From NCBI RefSeq assembly GCF_964204645.1, contig NC_134025.1:29740299-29804298 (forward strand): a stretch of DNA of 64,000 nucleotides. Reading direction: 5' to 3'. The DNA is from Tubulanus polymorphus (lineage: Eukaryota; Animalia; Nemertea). Positions within the stretch are counted from its first letter, which is position 1, and each line of letters begins with the position of its first letter. Below, in pieces: positions 1 to 14,400 of the stretch. Both the position numbers and the translations under genes were made by a program. The notes beneath the pieces are model-generated. The model saw nothing but the letters and a program-made list of their open reading frames with translations, made no database searches and had not been told where the DNA came from.

Positions 1-134
1 ATATGGCAATGTACCGCACGCACTAACTACCACGGCGGTAATATTGTCCAGCACTGTTTAAGGAGCTTGCGAAGATGCTTTGTATCGACTGAGAAGATGG
101 AAAGAGACTCGTCTTTACTCGATATGAGACAATC

Positions 135-159
135 ATGGATGGATGGATGGATGGATGGA
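135..159. repeat. (GGAT)n microsatellite
   Basis: About 6 perfect ATGG/GGAT units read directly. Confidence 0.9.
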
Positions 160-1580
160 GTACCAGTGATAACTAACTACAGGCTGTTTAACAAATTTAA
201 TCAGTCCTAGCAGATCAATCAATATTTCTATCAATTAACAGTGTTCTTACAGATTAGATAATCCTTAATTCCATGCTGTGTAAGAAGAACGCTGATCAAT
301 CCAGGGTATAATTCACCTCGTTATAATAAACTCGCATATTCTCAAGATACTGTTTCACAAAAACTGAGAATTCAATTCAAAGAAAAACCATCTTATACTG
401 GACAATAAGTAAACAATGAGCTAACGAACAGATTTCTGGTCTCCTGAAGAGTATTTAACGAGGTTTCACGAGGTGGTCTGATAGTATGGTTTAGGCCTAT
501 AAACCACCTGAACATGTAAACTTTAGATAACCCATTGAACCAATATCTTTTACATTTCATCACCAAAATCCTCAGTCAATGAGACGATAATTTCTGATAC
601 AATACCGTTAGATTAAATCTAGTCTAGTCTCTAAGTTCAGGTATAATAGGGGTAATTTGGTTTTCAATATCAATGAAATGGAACCATGACTAATTCTCCA
701 TAGTTAAATATCCTACTTGACACAACTGTGTCATAATGAATACAATAATAATCCAATACATGTTTTAACTAAACACTACAATATATACTACAACACTATC
801 ATATACAAAACAGCTCAGCATATTTTGATTTTTTTTCTGTTGAAATGCGAAATTTGAAATCTAGGTCTATATGTTTGAGTCAAATTAGTTTTAAAAGGAA
901 AGTACATTTTATCTAGGCCTTGTAGATAGGCCTAACAGTATCAATATGTGTACATCAGTATGATATGGAGAAAACCAGACTGAAATTCACCTCATAACAA
1001 AATTCTCTAGATTAAGGAATAAAGCTAAGCCTTTATCAAAATAACGTCTGATATTTTTATCACGTTGAATGGAAATTCTTTCCAGTCATCAGAGATATGG
1101 GCTGGACTTTCTAACTTTGCCCTGAGTCACTGACATAGTAGGCCTAACATAGGCATAATACAGTAGGCATGAATAATCAAAACTCATCATCATTCTCTTA
1201 AAATTTGTATGAAATATAACGATTGTGGGGGCTTAACCTGACTGATACTAAGCACACCGAGCCTATCCAGCTTCAATACAAACTTCTTTTCAGGGTTTTA
1301 GGGCCTAACGAATATTAAAATGTCATAATTACCCCACTTACTAAAAAAAGTAACTAATCGCTTTCAAATAAAAAACAAATGCAATCACACATGTAAAGTG
1401 TTAGCAGCCTACACTCGTCAAAAGAAAAGAAAGCTCGATTTTAAATCAACAGAAGTCGAGACATCGATCATCGACCAGAGCAGAGCAAGTCCCTAACATT
1501 TTCAAATTTTAGCCTCTCCTCAAACCAAACAGACTCGACTACCTGCCCCTTCCCCAGATAAACTGGCGCACTCGTCTAGT

Positions 1581-1733
1581 CTTACCTGTGTTAATCCATT
1601 GTCACCTACATCCTTTCACTCAGTAACTGTTTCCACCTGCTCGATAAATTAACATGAATAACGGTTTTTTTAATGTAACACCCAACGATCTCTGTACATT
1701 CTATACTGTCCGACATTTACTTCACCCGGAAGT
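1581..1733 (-). promoter_or_regulatory. Possible promoter and first non-coding exon of a minus-strand gene running off the left edge
   Basis: Minus-strand donor CAG|GTAAGA at 1586/1585, ETS-type CCGGAAGT at 1726-1733, and a shift from CpG-rich to CpG-poor sequence downstream on the minus strand. No coding exon identified. Confidence 0.3.
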
Positions 1734-4546
1734 AAAATCAGGGTTTTTCCTAATATTCGGCGAACGGACTCGGACTCGATCGGTCAATTTGGATTAAACG
1801 TTTCATATTGAATTGAATTTCATTTCTTACCTTTTCCATGCTATCATTATCCTATTGCTAGAAAATCATTCATTTTGCTAATTTTGTTGCTCAAACATTG
1901 AAGGTACCTTCGAACTCAACACTCAATGTAAACCGTCAGCTATTGCCATCTGTTGGCGTTAGAACACACTTCCTAGAGATTTGAAAGGAACGCTCCTATT
2001 ATTAGACAAGCGAAGAAGTGAGATATGGGAGCTTGGATTCCTCCAGTGACCCAAATGGCCACGTTTGAAGACGGTTTTGCACAACGAACGAAAGTTTTCC
2101 AATTTCAACATTTCAGAATTTCCGAATTTTTGAGTGGAATTTTTTTAGTACCTCCGTGGAGTACCTCGTCTCTCGAGTGTGCCGGTGTGCCGCCGGGGAC
2201 AGTCGGGCGCTGTCACCCAACGCACTGGTACGCCCATATAGGACCATCATCTCCCTTTGGAACATCGGCTTAAAAATGCTATCGAAACAAGGCGGGGTTT
2301 TCTTCTGACCTTAGAATCTGGCCGAAGACTTTTCATCACGTCTAGTGGCGGTCCTTCGTAGACTTGTCCTCGGCTACTGACGGCCGACATGAAAGTCGTC
2401 TGTATTGCCGATCTGTTGTCGCGCGGAGGAAAGGGTGAAACTCATTGCTTTGTGGTCATACCTGATCACGTGTCTGCATATTTGATGCGGCAATTTGCAG
2501 AATCAGGAGAGATTTAATCGACTGGAATTAGTGGCTTAGCAATTATTTCACGATTAAATGCTTATTTCTTGAACAAATAGCATTTACCGCAAGTCGTATT
2601 GAATTAGAACTGTGCATTCCGAACACGAGTGGTCTAACTGAAAGATGAACGTGCTTCGGGCGATGGGCGGCATTGTTGTTATTGCGTCTTTCAACAAAGT
2701 GTGAATATCTGGTCATTTTTCCGAGCATTCCATTCTTGAGAATGTTCCAGATGCAATTCGACCGGAAAGTAGCTTTAGCATGCGCGCGTAACTAAAGAAC
2801 AGTGTCTGTGTCGGTGACGGACGTGCGCTCAACGGCAAGTCCAAAATTAATAGCGCTCAACACCGTTAAATCGCCGGCCGGTGTTTGATATGAATCACGG
2901 CCCGCTGCTTTAGTCGATGCAGACATTAGCATCCGCTAGATACTCTCTAGATACTAGTATCACAGATACACATGCAAATATTGCGCCCGTCACCGACAAA
3001 ATATCCACAACAAGCATCTTAGTTTCCAATTCACAAAATTACGGCGACCCAAATAATGATTTTCTTGCTAATCATTTTGTTTTCGACATAAATTCGTACT
3101 AACATACATAATCATAAAGCAATGTTTTTCAATAAATCTCTGAAGATGGATAGAAGAAGTAATATATCGTCAGGTTAACAGATTTTAGTTTTTATATCTT
3201 CATTTTATAGGTCTTTTTTAGAGCGTGTATCCTGCCTCACGTATGTTATAGCAATTTGAACAAAATGTTTGTCGGTTTATATTAATTTCTATCAGCATCG
3301 GAAGAATAAATTGGCCTATCGCGTATCTTCATCACGTAAACGGTAATTGTGAATCTGTTGGTGAAAATGATGAGAACAGATTCTAAATGTTAATGTACCT
3401 TAAACAGTTATTACTAGTGGGAACAGGTGATTCACTAATCAAAATCCAATCATTTATTGCTCGGAAATTCTAGTAATTACATAGTTACCAGTCTCTTTAT
3501 TTGTTATTGGAAATCTACAGATTAGTAGCGGTTCGTATTGGTTTATTGTTCATACGCGATCGTGGATATATTGACAATTTATGGACGAAATTTCAATTTA
3601 ACACAAGCAACATACGGAAAGAACTACTAGTGAATGCACGGTGCATGTTAATTGAATTTATAGCAATGATAATAAAAGAACATGTGAAAATAGCAGATTA
3701 AGTCCATCGACCGTTTCCGTTTATGGTTTTCTCCATTCGGGATGGCGCACGTATCGGAATGGAATTGTCTGATTTAATTAAAACCAGTATTTCGAACTGT
3801 ATACGTCTTTAGTATTGAATTTTGAACGAGAAAATCTGATGGCAATAATATTACCGTATATTTCATATCACGAATAATACACGAGCAACGTGAGTAAAAA
3901 AGAGACAAAACCATCGATTTAAACATTGTGTCACACTTGCGAAACACATTTCATAATAATGCGGTATAAACTTCCTCGGACACGCCCAACTGACACTTTC
4001 AACTGACTCGGAGAAAAACTAAATCATTTTCTAACTTCCTAACGTATTTCCTGATCTTCGACTCGGACTTTCGCTAGCTTTACTGTAAATACCAAGGTTT
4101 TTGTTCGAATGACTTCAGTTTTTGCAAGTGAATCGATCATGAAGGTGTGAATCCGTAGCAATGAAATCTTTTTTAGATAATCATAAGCCTTTACACAGAA
4201 ATAAAACCTATCGGCTTTGGAGCTGTAACTTTTTTAATCGTGCATGTGATCCCGGGCATATGTCTTTGAAGCGCAGATATGAAAAATGACCTGCCTACGT
4301 ACCAAAAAAAAAGACTCCGCGACCAAACAACGTAGATTTGTGTTTTTATCATCACAGCTATCAATCATTATAATCTGTGATTGTTTTATGCGAGAGGCTA
4401 CGTGTTGAATTTGTCAGTAGGAGTAGAATTGATTTCGGCTTTTCGTTTTTATTGCAATGATGCGGGCAGTGTCTGAGGTTACACCAGTTAGAACAGCTGG
4501 GTGCATCTCACAAACGTGTTTGTCACTGTTGCTAAGGGCCAGAGAA

Positions 4547-4570
4547 CGAGCGAGCGAGCGAGCGAGCGAG
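4547..4570. repeat. (GCGA)n short tandem repeat
   Basis: cgagcgagcgagcgagcgagcgag read directly. Confidence 0.8.
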
Positions 4571-5760
4571 TACGCGGACCTGAGCTCTCAGTTGATATCG
4601 TCACGGACCTTTGTGACAATTATAAACGGTCTAAAAACTACAAAATCCATAAGACTAACTAATTATGACTAAATATAAAATAGATTATCGGTGTAAGTGA
4701 TATATCATCGATTTGTGATATTGTCCCGCAGAAATGAAAGGCTAAACAATGCAATAATGGGAATTCTTGCATCTTTCCCGCATCATGGAATTTCTAAATA
4801 TCCACTCTAAATGATGCTGGATTCTTCAGGTAAGGTATATCACCTTTAAAGAAGCGCTTTCACTATCATTTTGTACCAGCGTTTCTTTGGCGCGTGGCAC
4901 ACATTTGAGGCACTTACGGGTTTGGGAAATTCAATCGGTTGATAGGGGCTGTCGACATATAGGTATTTTTTCGACTTTGTTCCGGGGTGTAATTTTACGA
5001 TCGACGCGTGGCTTCGTGAAGAGGTAACGGAGACAGTTGGTTTAAACATCAAGTATATCATCAACCCACGTTCTGATTCCAAACACAAAAAGAAACGTAA
5101 TCGAAAGCATATTTTTCTGCGTGATTTTCTGCTCAACATGCGGGTTTTTTATGGACACGGACTGTGATACATAAACATAGTAATAAGCCTTTTTATAGCT
5201 TGTGCGGTTAGTATATAAATGGTTAAAACCGTGAAAATAAAATTATCTGCTGAATTGATTGATATTTCTACCTCGTTTCTATTTTCATCCAATTCAGAGA
5301 TATGGACGAAATAAAAAAATTAATGAAATATCAAAAATACAGACCCGGTTGGGACCCAAAAACACGGCACCTGGAGACTGTACAAAGACAAATCTCGCAT
5401 TCTATCACTACATCTAATCGAAACTGACTTGCTCCTGGAAATGATGAGAATTAAAATGAAATATTGAAATGATTTGTCTATGATTTGATACTGTACTCGT
5501 TACTAGCGCGTGGCCTCCTCCCTAGTGATGCAACTTCTACAGATACTTTCGATAGTAACAGATTAAAATGAAACATTGCGACGATGACCACTTCTTGATG
5601 GTCAATATTTATTCATTATCCTCACGAGAACTCTCTCATTGACGGGCACCAGAGACTACACGACACTAGTCTCGATACAAGTACAGTTTCACTCGGAATT
5701 AATTGTCAATATTGAATTGTTATCTTACAATGAAGACTCTGAATATGGGATATTCATAAT

Positions 5761-5940
5761 TGTCGTATTAGTAGCCGACAACGAGTCGATTTATCAAATC
5801 ATTTGAAAACACTGGTCGAAGTAACGAGATAGATATTACTTTCACCATGGACTACGAAACGAGAGTCCAGTTAGTTTAACTGTCATTATATTAGTCGCCG
5901 ACGAGTCGGTGACGATTAATCAAATCGTTTGAAAAACACT
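5761..5940. repeat. Degenerate ~55-bp direct duplication (5761-5813 / 5881-5940)
   Basis: Both copies read tgtc..tattagt.gccgac..gagtcg..atcaaatc.tttgaaaa(a)cact. Confidence 0.6.
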
Positions 5941-7765
5941 CGTTAATATTTTCAAAAAACATAATTACAGGCAATTTGAAACAATTTCTAAAGGCCAAAT
6001 ACATTGAACTCCGTCTTTTTGGACTAAACGTAAGAACATGTTTCATTTTCAAGTATTCATAATGAATCTATTGTAGAATATTCTGCTATTAATGTATTCA
6101 ATGTAATGTCCTTGCTATGAGTGGGGTACGAATGTGCATAAGTGCAAGATTGTGGGCTTCTGGGCTTTATAAAGTTATTCTTCTAATTTCACCAGTTGTC
6201 CAGTGATTTATTTTACAAATACTTTTTTCTTTCCTTTTACTTCTTATTGTAAATTAATTCGTAAATGAAAATATCATATATTAAAAAAACAGGTAAACTT
6301 AAGCAACCTCTATTATCCTCATTGTGTTGAAAGCTAGCCATTTTTTCACACGTTTAGAACCGCGGTCTATTTTCGTGTCGAATTAGTTTTGTATTTAGTC
6401 ATCATTTTGCAAACTAATTACAGAAACACCTCGTTGTCAGGTCGGCACACGTTTCCGGACCTTTGTGCGCCGATTCTTCCGTGAAATTCGGTTGGACCAT
6501 CGACGGTCAAGGAAGCCGGCATGCTGAGGAGTAATTTCTAGCCTGAAAGAGCCACGAACACGACGAGGTATCGTCAAGTGCACCTTAGTTAAGGAGTTAA
6601 CTCGTAATTATTCTTGCTGAGGCTAGCGTACCGATTCGGACAATGGTCGCGCACGTGTGAGGTGGACAATAAAAAATGCAGCCACGTAAGTGAATAATGA
6701 GTGGTCAAACGTCATTATGAACAAACAGTTGATTGGTGAACCACACGGGTCAAATAACTAGCTTCATTTATTTCACATTACAAACACGGCGTGGTATTTG
6801 TTCTTGAAAGCGCCAGTAGCGGCTCGCAGCGTTTCCCGGTTTTCTAATTGCGTTGCGGTGTTTTTTTTAAAAACAATTTACAAAGAAACACGTTATAAAT
6901 TATACCGCGAAAGCGATGCGTATCATCTAAATCAAATTCGAACATTTTCCACGAACATCTCCGACATTTTCTGACGTGTTTATATTTTTATTAGCCATTA
7001 ATCGGTGTCGATGTAGTTTTTCTCGCGATCTCGCGTTTGGAAAAAGCGTCGTTTATTTTACCTGGCGTACACCTTATTTTCCGTTTTAAACGTTGATCGG
7101 GCCGCATAAATCACGGCAGTTTGAAGGTTGTCCACGCGTCGCGTTAAGTGACGGACAGTTTGAACGCAGTTTCTTACACAAAAGAAACCCTTGTATTCCG
7201 CATGTATCATAAAGTCAAAATTTGCATAAAATACATTTGTCAATTTTTGAAAGGTGATGAAACCTAGTCGAAACAAAGGCCGACGAGACGACATGTTTTA
7301 CGTGTCTTTTATAAACTGAAGTGATTTGATGCCTTTACTTCTAATTTTCTCACGAAAACTGGATGAAACGAGAAACCAGTCCAACAAAAGGTTGTTGAAT
7401 GGGATCCATAATTTTTCCTGGCAAAAAAACATAAATATTCATGAAATGGCCGCACGTCGTTTTAAAGACTTCGATATTGAATTGCGAGCCACTTCAATTA
7501 AACGGCAATTTAAACCCCGTCGAATTTTCTTTTTCTTTTAAAATAATCATTATCATTTATGTGGTGCGGAAGCTGCCTGTTGAATCCATCATCACAGTTT
7601 CAGGTAACCTACACACAACGCATGCGTACTGTCAAGCTAAGAAGTGTGTCCCGTTGAAAAGGGGAAAACACACGTATTGTTCATGGTTTGACGACAGCAG
7701 CTGTTTAACACTCAATTTCTCTCACACATTTCGATACAACTCTTGTTGAAATAGATCGTCAGTTA

Positions 7766-10700
7766 ATGAAGTTGATCAGACGATCACGCTCAGTGACGAT
7801 CGCAGGACGTACGATGACAAGTTCTCCGGCCCCGGGATCGCGGTCGCCTAGTCCGACTGGTCAACTGACCACTGCAGCCGTTCAGACGATCAACACAATA
7901 CCTGCAGATATAACAATCGGACCAATCTCGTATGATGTCCACTTCGGCAGACGAATTACTGACCAGTTACTTCATGATTATCTAATCGAGGTAAGAAGCA
8001 AAACAGTTATATTCAGAAATTGTTTTTTTTTACAATTTTTTAGTTTGAATTCGACAGAAATTAAATGGCAGAAAACTGTGTTATTCTTAATGGAGAATAA
8101 ACTCTTACTCGAAACTTTGGAACCGGATCCAAAAATATACTGCAAATTAATCATAATGAACTTTATTGTCAAAGAATATTAATTCTAGGTAGAGTTAAAA
8201 TGATCTAAATCGTTCTATTGAGTTTGGCTTTTCAAATTTTGTATTTCTTGAACCTAATCGAAGACTTATCTTTATGAATATATTGGGTTGAAAAATCGTT
8301 TTCAAAGCATATTATGTCGTTAAAAAAATTGAAAGTATCATTTTAATTAAACTCAAAATAAGCGTGAATTTATTCAAGTTAGAACAGTTAAAAATCATTT
8401 TCAGTTTCCATTTTATTGCATCCTTAAATCAATTACATATAGAATAAATTGAGATAAACGGAGTGGCTATATAAATAATTGGAGACGAAGGACGATCTTT
8501 GTAATGCGTCAACGAAGAAGATCTTTGAATTTCCTTATAAACTTATCAATGCCTTTTGATAATCGCTTAAACTCGATGAAAAGTTTCCGACGAAACACGC
8601 GCCTTTGCATAATTAGATCTATTTAGGATTTCCGTTTGTTCATTTTCCATCTTCTGAAAAATGCGGCGGCAAAACTTTACTTAAAAAGCCGGCGTCAGTC
8701 AAAACTGAATAAACGAATTGAAAATCGCTTAAAAACGATGGACAACTATTGTTATTCTGCACGAGTCCACTTTCACATTGGAATCCACTTCTGATTCGGT
8801 TTATGAAGTCACGTCATCAGATTTAATCTGTCGGATTATATGCACTTACTTTGCCTCGATTTGTCGACGACGACAGAATTAACTCGAACAATGATTTACC
8901 TAGGCACACTTCAGGTCTTCTGCAATATTTCAACGGCAACCGAATGAAGAATAAAATAGTTTCTAATAAATAACTTAATTTCTCGTTGAATGGGGACCGC
9001 AAGAGATGCGCGTGTGGTGCACATGTTTAAACGCACGTGATCCCGTTCGTCTCAAGTCAAACTTCAGCGCGAAATTATCATGTGGTGTTTGTCCCACACG
9101 ATCATCTCTTTCCATCTCTTTCCATCTCTCTCTCTTTAACGCGCAAATAAAAAAAAAACCGCTCCCCATTTTATAGATCAGCGAGAATGATTAGGAAAAA
9201 TCCTATTAGCAATGAAACCGATAATGGAAAACGATTAATTTGTAATATAGTTATAAGAGGATGATTTTCTGGCAATTCAACTGACAAATTGTGGCCAATA
9301 TCCTCAGCGGAAATTCGAATCTTCCAGTATTTAGCTTAACATATGTCAATTAATGTGATTAATTCGATGACGGCAACATTTGGAAAGTTGCATAAACAGT
9401 TGTTTATACCGAACAAAGGTAACAAAAACTTTCATTACGGGTTTCAATGCGTACCTCCAAATTTAGCCGAACAGGGCAATTAAAACGAGAGACTCTCGCT
9501 ACTGAACATACTTGGGAATTTGACAAACGGGTTCTAATAGTTCCTAAAAGAAACTTGAGCGCTAACTTCTCAAATTTCAAGCGTCCTCAAATTTGCGATG
9601 ATTTTAAATTAGTAGTTAAGTTGTTTGTCCGCGAATTACTCTTCAATTAAGTGGTCAAACGTGACGTAATATTATTAGGACTCTTCGCACTTTTGAAAAT
9701 TTTGAGAGTGATTTTCTGAAAACCTTTTGTAGCCGCCGAGTTTAAGGATGAATGACAGATCCATTGACGCTGAGGTATTGTTATCATTCCTAGGTGAGGT
9801 ACACAAATGGGAGGATCTTGACTAAAGACGACCAATCCGAAGAGTGGATCGGGCACGCGCAGGTGGCGCGAGATCGTCACGAGCAGAATATAGAGATCAC
9901 TAGAAACAAGGATGGCCACTTGTTCTACCGGTCATTGAAGACTATACAAGCGCCGTCTAAACTTTGTTTCTGGTACAGCGATCAACTAGCAAGAGAAATC
10001 GGTATTCCTGTTCTAACACCCAGACAAATTAAAGGTAAGCTTTGTTTTCATTTCAATTTAAAATGAACGTTAACGATTTTAATCATATATAACAATTCGT
10101 AGAAGTTTTTGAATTTCAAAATTCTTACAATTAGCACAATTAAGATTTTCATCATGAATTGAATCTCTATTTTCAACAATCTCGTGTAACTTTTCATTGA
10201 ATAAATATATGTTATTATTCATATTTTGAGTTGTGAATTAATATTCGGTTCATATTTCTCTCAACAGGTGATCAGACATACTGCTGCGATCGCTGTTTTA
10301 AATCGTTCCTGTATCCGAACTGTTTAAAATCGCATATGAGATATCACTGTAATTCACCGATGCCTCCCGTTCTCAGTCAACCGACCATTCATCCCGTTCC
10401 TGGACATCATCCACCAATGTCGTTTTCATTCGGTCGAATATCTCCTCCACGTTCCAGTAACAGCGTCTCACCGCACGACATGTCGACACGGTCAGTGATC
10501 GGGGCTCCGCGAGCTGCTGCTGCTGGTGCCATTCAACTCGGAGTGAATTCTGCTTTCGTACCGCCGATACCGCGTATACCAAACCACCACAGTCTACCGC
10601 CATCAGCTCGTCTCTCGCCGATGAAATCATCTAGTCCGACTACCGCGGGAGACCAAGACGCGAAATTATCCGCAAAAGATTGTCAGCCGATTCAGATCTT

Positions 10701-11478
10701 CAATCATATCCATCCCCCCGCTCTGATACCGATGGACTATTCAGCTTTGAAATATTATTACCCGTTGTACCAAAGTTTCGCCGCAGCCAGTAGACTGTGC
10801 TGCCCAGCTCCGCAGTCGTGTTCAGTAGCCGGACACTGTTCACATCCTATGCCGCATCCGTACCTATTTCCATTCGGCGCAGCTAATAACAATAATCACG
10901 TCGAAGCGAACCGCCTCACCTCACCCGTTTACAATTCCACTTCTACGAAAACCGAAGAACCACCGTCGACTCGCTTCAAATTCCCGTTACCTTCCGACAA
11001 AGCGGGCGAACCGTTAGATCTGATCCCCAGATCGATGTACATCAGTAAATCCCGAAAAGGACATTTGTGTATTTACTGCGGAAAATTGTACTCCCGTAAA
11101 TACGGACTGAAGATTCATCTCCGCACGCATACAGGTTACAAACCTCTTAAATGTAAGGTTTGTTTGCGACCTTTCGGTGACCCGAGTAACCTAAACAAAC
11201 ACATTCGTCTTCACGCTGAAGGAGACACCCCGTATCGGTGCGACCATTGCGGGAAGGTGCTCGTCAGACGCCGAGATTTGGAACGTCACATCAAATCACG
11301 TCATCCCAACGAGGCTGAAACCGACAATACAATCAAACCGTTCTCTCACAACAGCGTCGTCGAAACTGAAATAGCGAGTGAAATAAAAATCGAAAATACA
11401 ACCGACGAAATAGAAGATCAGGACAATGAACAGGAAGATACCGACGAAATAATAGACGTTGGAAATGACTTAGAATAA
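7766..11478 (+). CDS. PRDM13: PR/SET domain zinc-finger protein 13 (~558 aa)
   Basis: Exons 7766-7990, 9794-10034 and 10268-11478 join in frame with GT-AG introns. PR-domain motifs WIGHAQVARDRHEQNI...LFYRSLKTI...LCFWYS; zinc finger CDRCFKSF..PNCLKSHMRYHC; C-terminal fingers HLCIYCGKLYSRKYGLKIHLRTHTGYKPLKCKVCLRPFGDPSNLNKHIRLHAEG...RRRDLERHIKSRHP match the PRDM13 signature. The start may instead be ATG 7814. Confidence 0.93.
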
Positions 11479-14400
11479 TTCCACTTCATATATATTTTTC
11501 TTTTCTTGAATTTATTTGGTAGAAATCGCTCAAACTTTGCAAATATATTTTTCATGCAATTCTCCACTGTGATAACCCGTATAACCGTAACTTTAAAAAT
11601 CAACATTCCACAAAATGTCTTCCACTTGTAAAAAAAATTTGTAGAATATACTTTAACAATGTATTCGATCGATTCTTGTCTTTGCTCTGTAAATAAACTG
11701 TGAAATTTGTGCAATATTATTTCATGCTAGTCGTGTGAGTTCTGTACTTTCTGTAAATAATGATCTTTTTACCAGTGTAATTTATTAATTAGCAATGAAA
11801 CACCGTTCAGTGTTATGACGAATTATTTGTATTCAACGCTTTAGATGAAAAATAAACTGATAATATATTGAGTATGAATTTAGAAATTAATTGTTTACTC
11901 GTTTCGCTGGAATTCGGCTTACCTGGGCCAGAAACTGGATATTGAATTTGTGAGAAGGAGATCAGAATTTTTTTTCGGAAACGCGAAGGAAACGTTATTA
12001 CAACAAACGACATTTGGCTTCAGTTCAAATTTTGTTCATTCTGACTATGCCTTATTCATCATTTCAGGCTATTTATGATTTAGCTTAGAGTCTACGTAAT
12101 AGCAGATCAAACTTGAGCTGATATTTCATACATCGACTGATAAAATACACAGATTGGCGGAATCGGTGAATTGTAAGGGGATATAAGACAAAAGGGATGT
12201 TTGAAATTTCAACTGTTAGAAAATTGATTTGAAATGAGAGAGTTACGGACAGTTACATGATCCATAGGAATGTAATAAAATTTCATCTGATTACAAATGT
12301 TTAAAATCAATGAACCGAAAATAGTTTGACATTCTGATCCACGTCATGTATCATACACACGTATACATCGCGCCATAGAACTCATCTTACGACGAATCCA
12401 CATGAAGCCGATTTGAAAATGGAGGATCCTTATTTGACCGCGTTTGCCCTGTTATGTAAAAAAGGCCTGACAGCTCTACAAAATAGAACCTATTGTCCTC
12501 TCAAGCCCGATCCAGGTTTGAGTGAAATGCCGAATGATTAAAATATTAAGCATGTATTCATAATATTCTAAACACGAAGCAATAAACAAAGTATTGGTGA
12601 AAAAAACTATACTACAAAACTTGTCATCATGAAATTACCAGAAGTACCGTAAAAATCTTGACAACACCTGGAGATATATGTCTGAAGCACCTCACTTTTT
12701 ACCCGCAGAGCTACCTGACTTCAATATAATGCTGTTAATTGTTCGACCAATTGATCAGGCAATTTTTTATAGCAATAATCACGAATTCAAATCATTTTGC
12801 TCGATTAGAAAATGACATAAATTATATTCGAAGTATATTAATATATTTGAAGCGTGGTTGAAGTCTTTGAAGATGATGAAATGCTACAATGATAAGCAAA
12901 CATGGCGTCGTTAATTCATGGTGGGTGAGATGGCTTTTCACTGGAAGCTTGTTTCATAATTTTAGGGCACAGTAAGAAAAAGCCTCGCCGCCAACGGACT
13001 GACTTCGGAAGGAGGGATATTACATCAATATTGATATGTGATTCAAATATTAGAAGTAGATTAATTGTGCTTCCTTTCGACTTTTTGTTTTGATTTTTCT
13101 CTCTAATTGAATGCGTAGCGTAAGGCTTTATGTGTTAGTCATACGTCGACTGGATGGAAAATATAATATAATGACTGCTCTTGAACACGCGGGTGTCACA
13201 TATTAGTGAGCTATCATCCACGGGTTTGGTGTTACGCGACGATGGTTCAGAACGAAGAGTGATGCAAGTAAATACCAGTTTATTCAACATAAGTTACCAG
13301 AAGTACATACCCGATGTCACATGAGTCAATACGGCCATGTGATGTAAATAATATAAAGCTCGGGACAATGTGGGAGAATACCAACCTGTAGAATTTTACA
13401 GTAGACTCTAAAGAACAGATGATATGAAGCACCCGACTCCAGACTGCCGCCGTTTTGTTCTAATTGTCTAGAAAAAATTCAGAATTTCTTTTTTTATTAT
13501 CTAAAGTGAAGTGTACAAAGCGCCTTGTGGTTGTAAAAAGATTATAAAGTTAAAATGTGTTTTTGTTGTCTGCCTAAAAAGAGATGAACCTTTTTAATGA
13601 ACGTAGTGCTCGTTTTCTATAGGTAACTACATAATTTTTTTTTTTTGTAATACGCGTATAAGTGAAAAGAACAAATCTACGATTCGCGATCAAAGTTAAC
13701 TTGAAACATCTACACTCAGTTTGATAGTAATAATGTAGTACAAAAAAAATATAGACTAGGAGAGAAAAAAGAAAATTTTAAAAAAATTTAGAAAATCAAT
13801 ATTCACATGGAAAAACATATATCGTTTCAGGACATTCTAAAGGTGCAATAGACTAACTTTACAGATATAATAGTAATTGATTAGGTGTTTTATCTTTTAC
13901 TTTTTAGATGATCTTGTGATTTTCCTCTTTAATTCGCAGTTTTTCGTCGTATAAAGCTTCTTTATATCTATCTATTTCTAACTTTTCGTAAAGTTCAAAT
14001 AATTGGTAAATTTCTCTAAACTTTTAAAATCGTTTGAATTTCTATCAGGTGTTTAACAGCGTGTGTTTATCATTGTCCACGAAGCATCGTCTGCCCTGTC
14101 TTCAATGTCAACAAAGCTGACTTTGACCAAACCAGGATACCCATAACGGAACCAGCTGACCAGAACAATCGCATCCTGAATACTACTATATAAAGAAATT
14201 TATCGACATATAAACTAACATCTGTCCTTCCACTTGATGCCTTAAGACAAAACTGACCATTGAACAATACGATCCCGTTTTATTGTCCGAGATTGACCCG
14301 AAATGAGACGGATCCTTATTAAATTAAGTCTGGACTTGTAAGCGACACGCTGGTGTCCGCTTCCTCCGCGGATAGCGACGGGAAAGTGTCAGATGCTTGC

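Noticed and set aside
305-470. Possible MITE with acctcgtta / taacgaggt inverted repeat
   Set aside because: The termini are too decayed to define boundaries.
13230-13367. Possible short solo LTR (TG...CA, with AATAAA on the minus strand)
   Set aside because: No target-site duplication and no second copy in the window.
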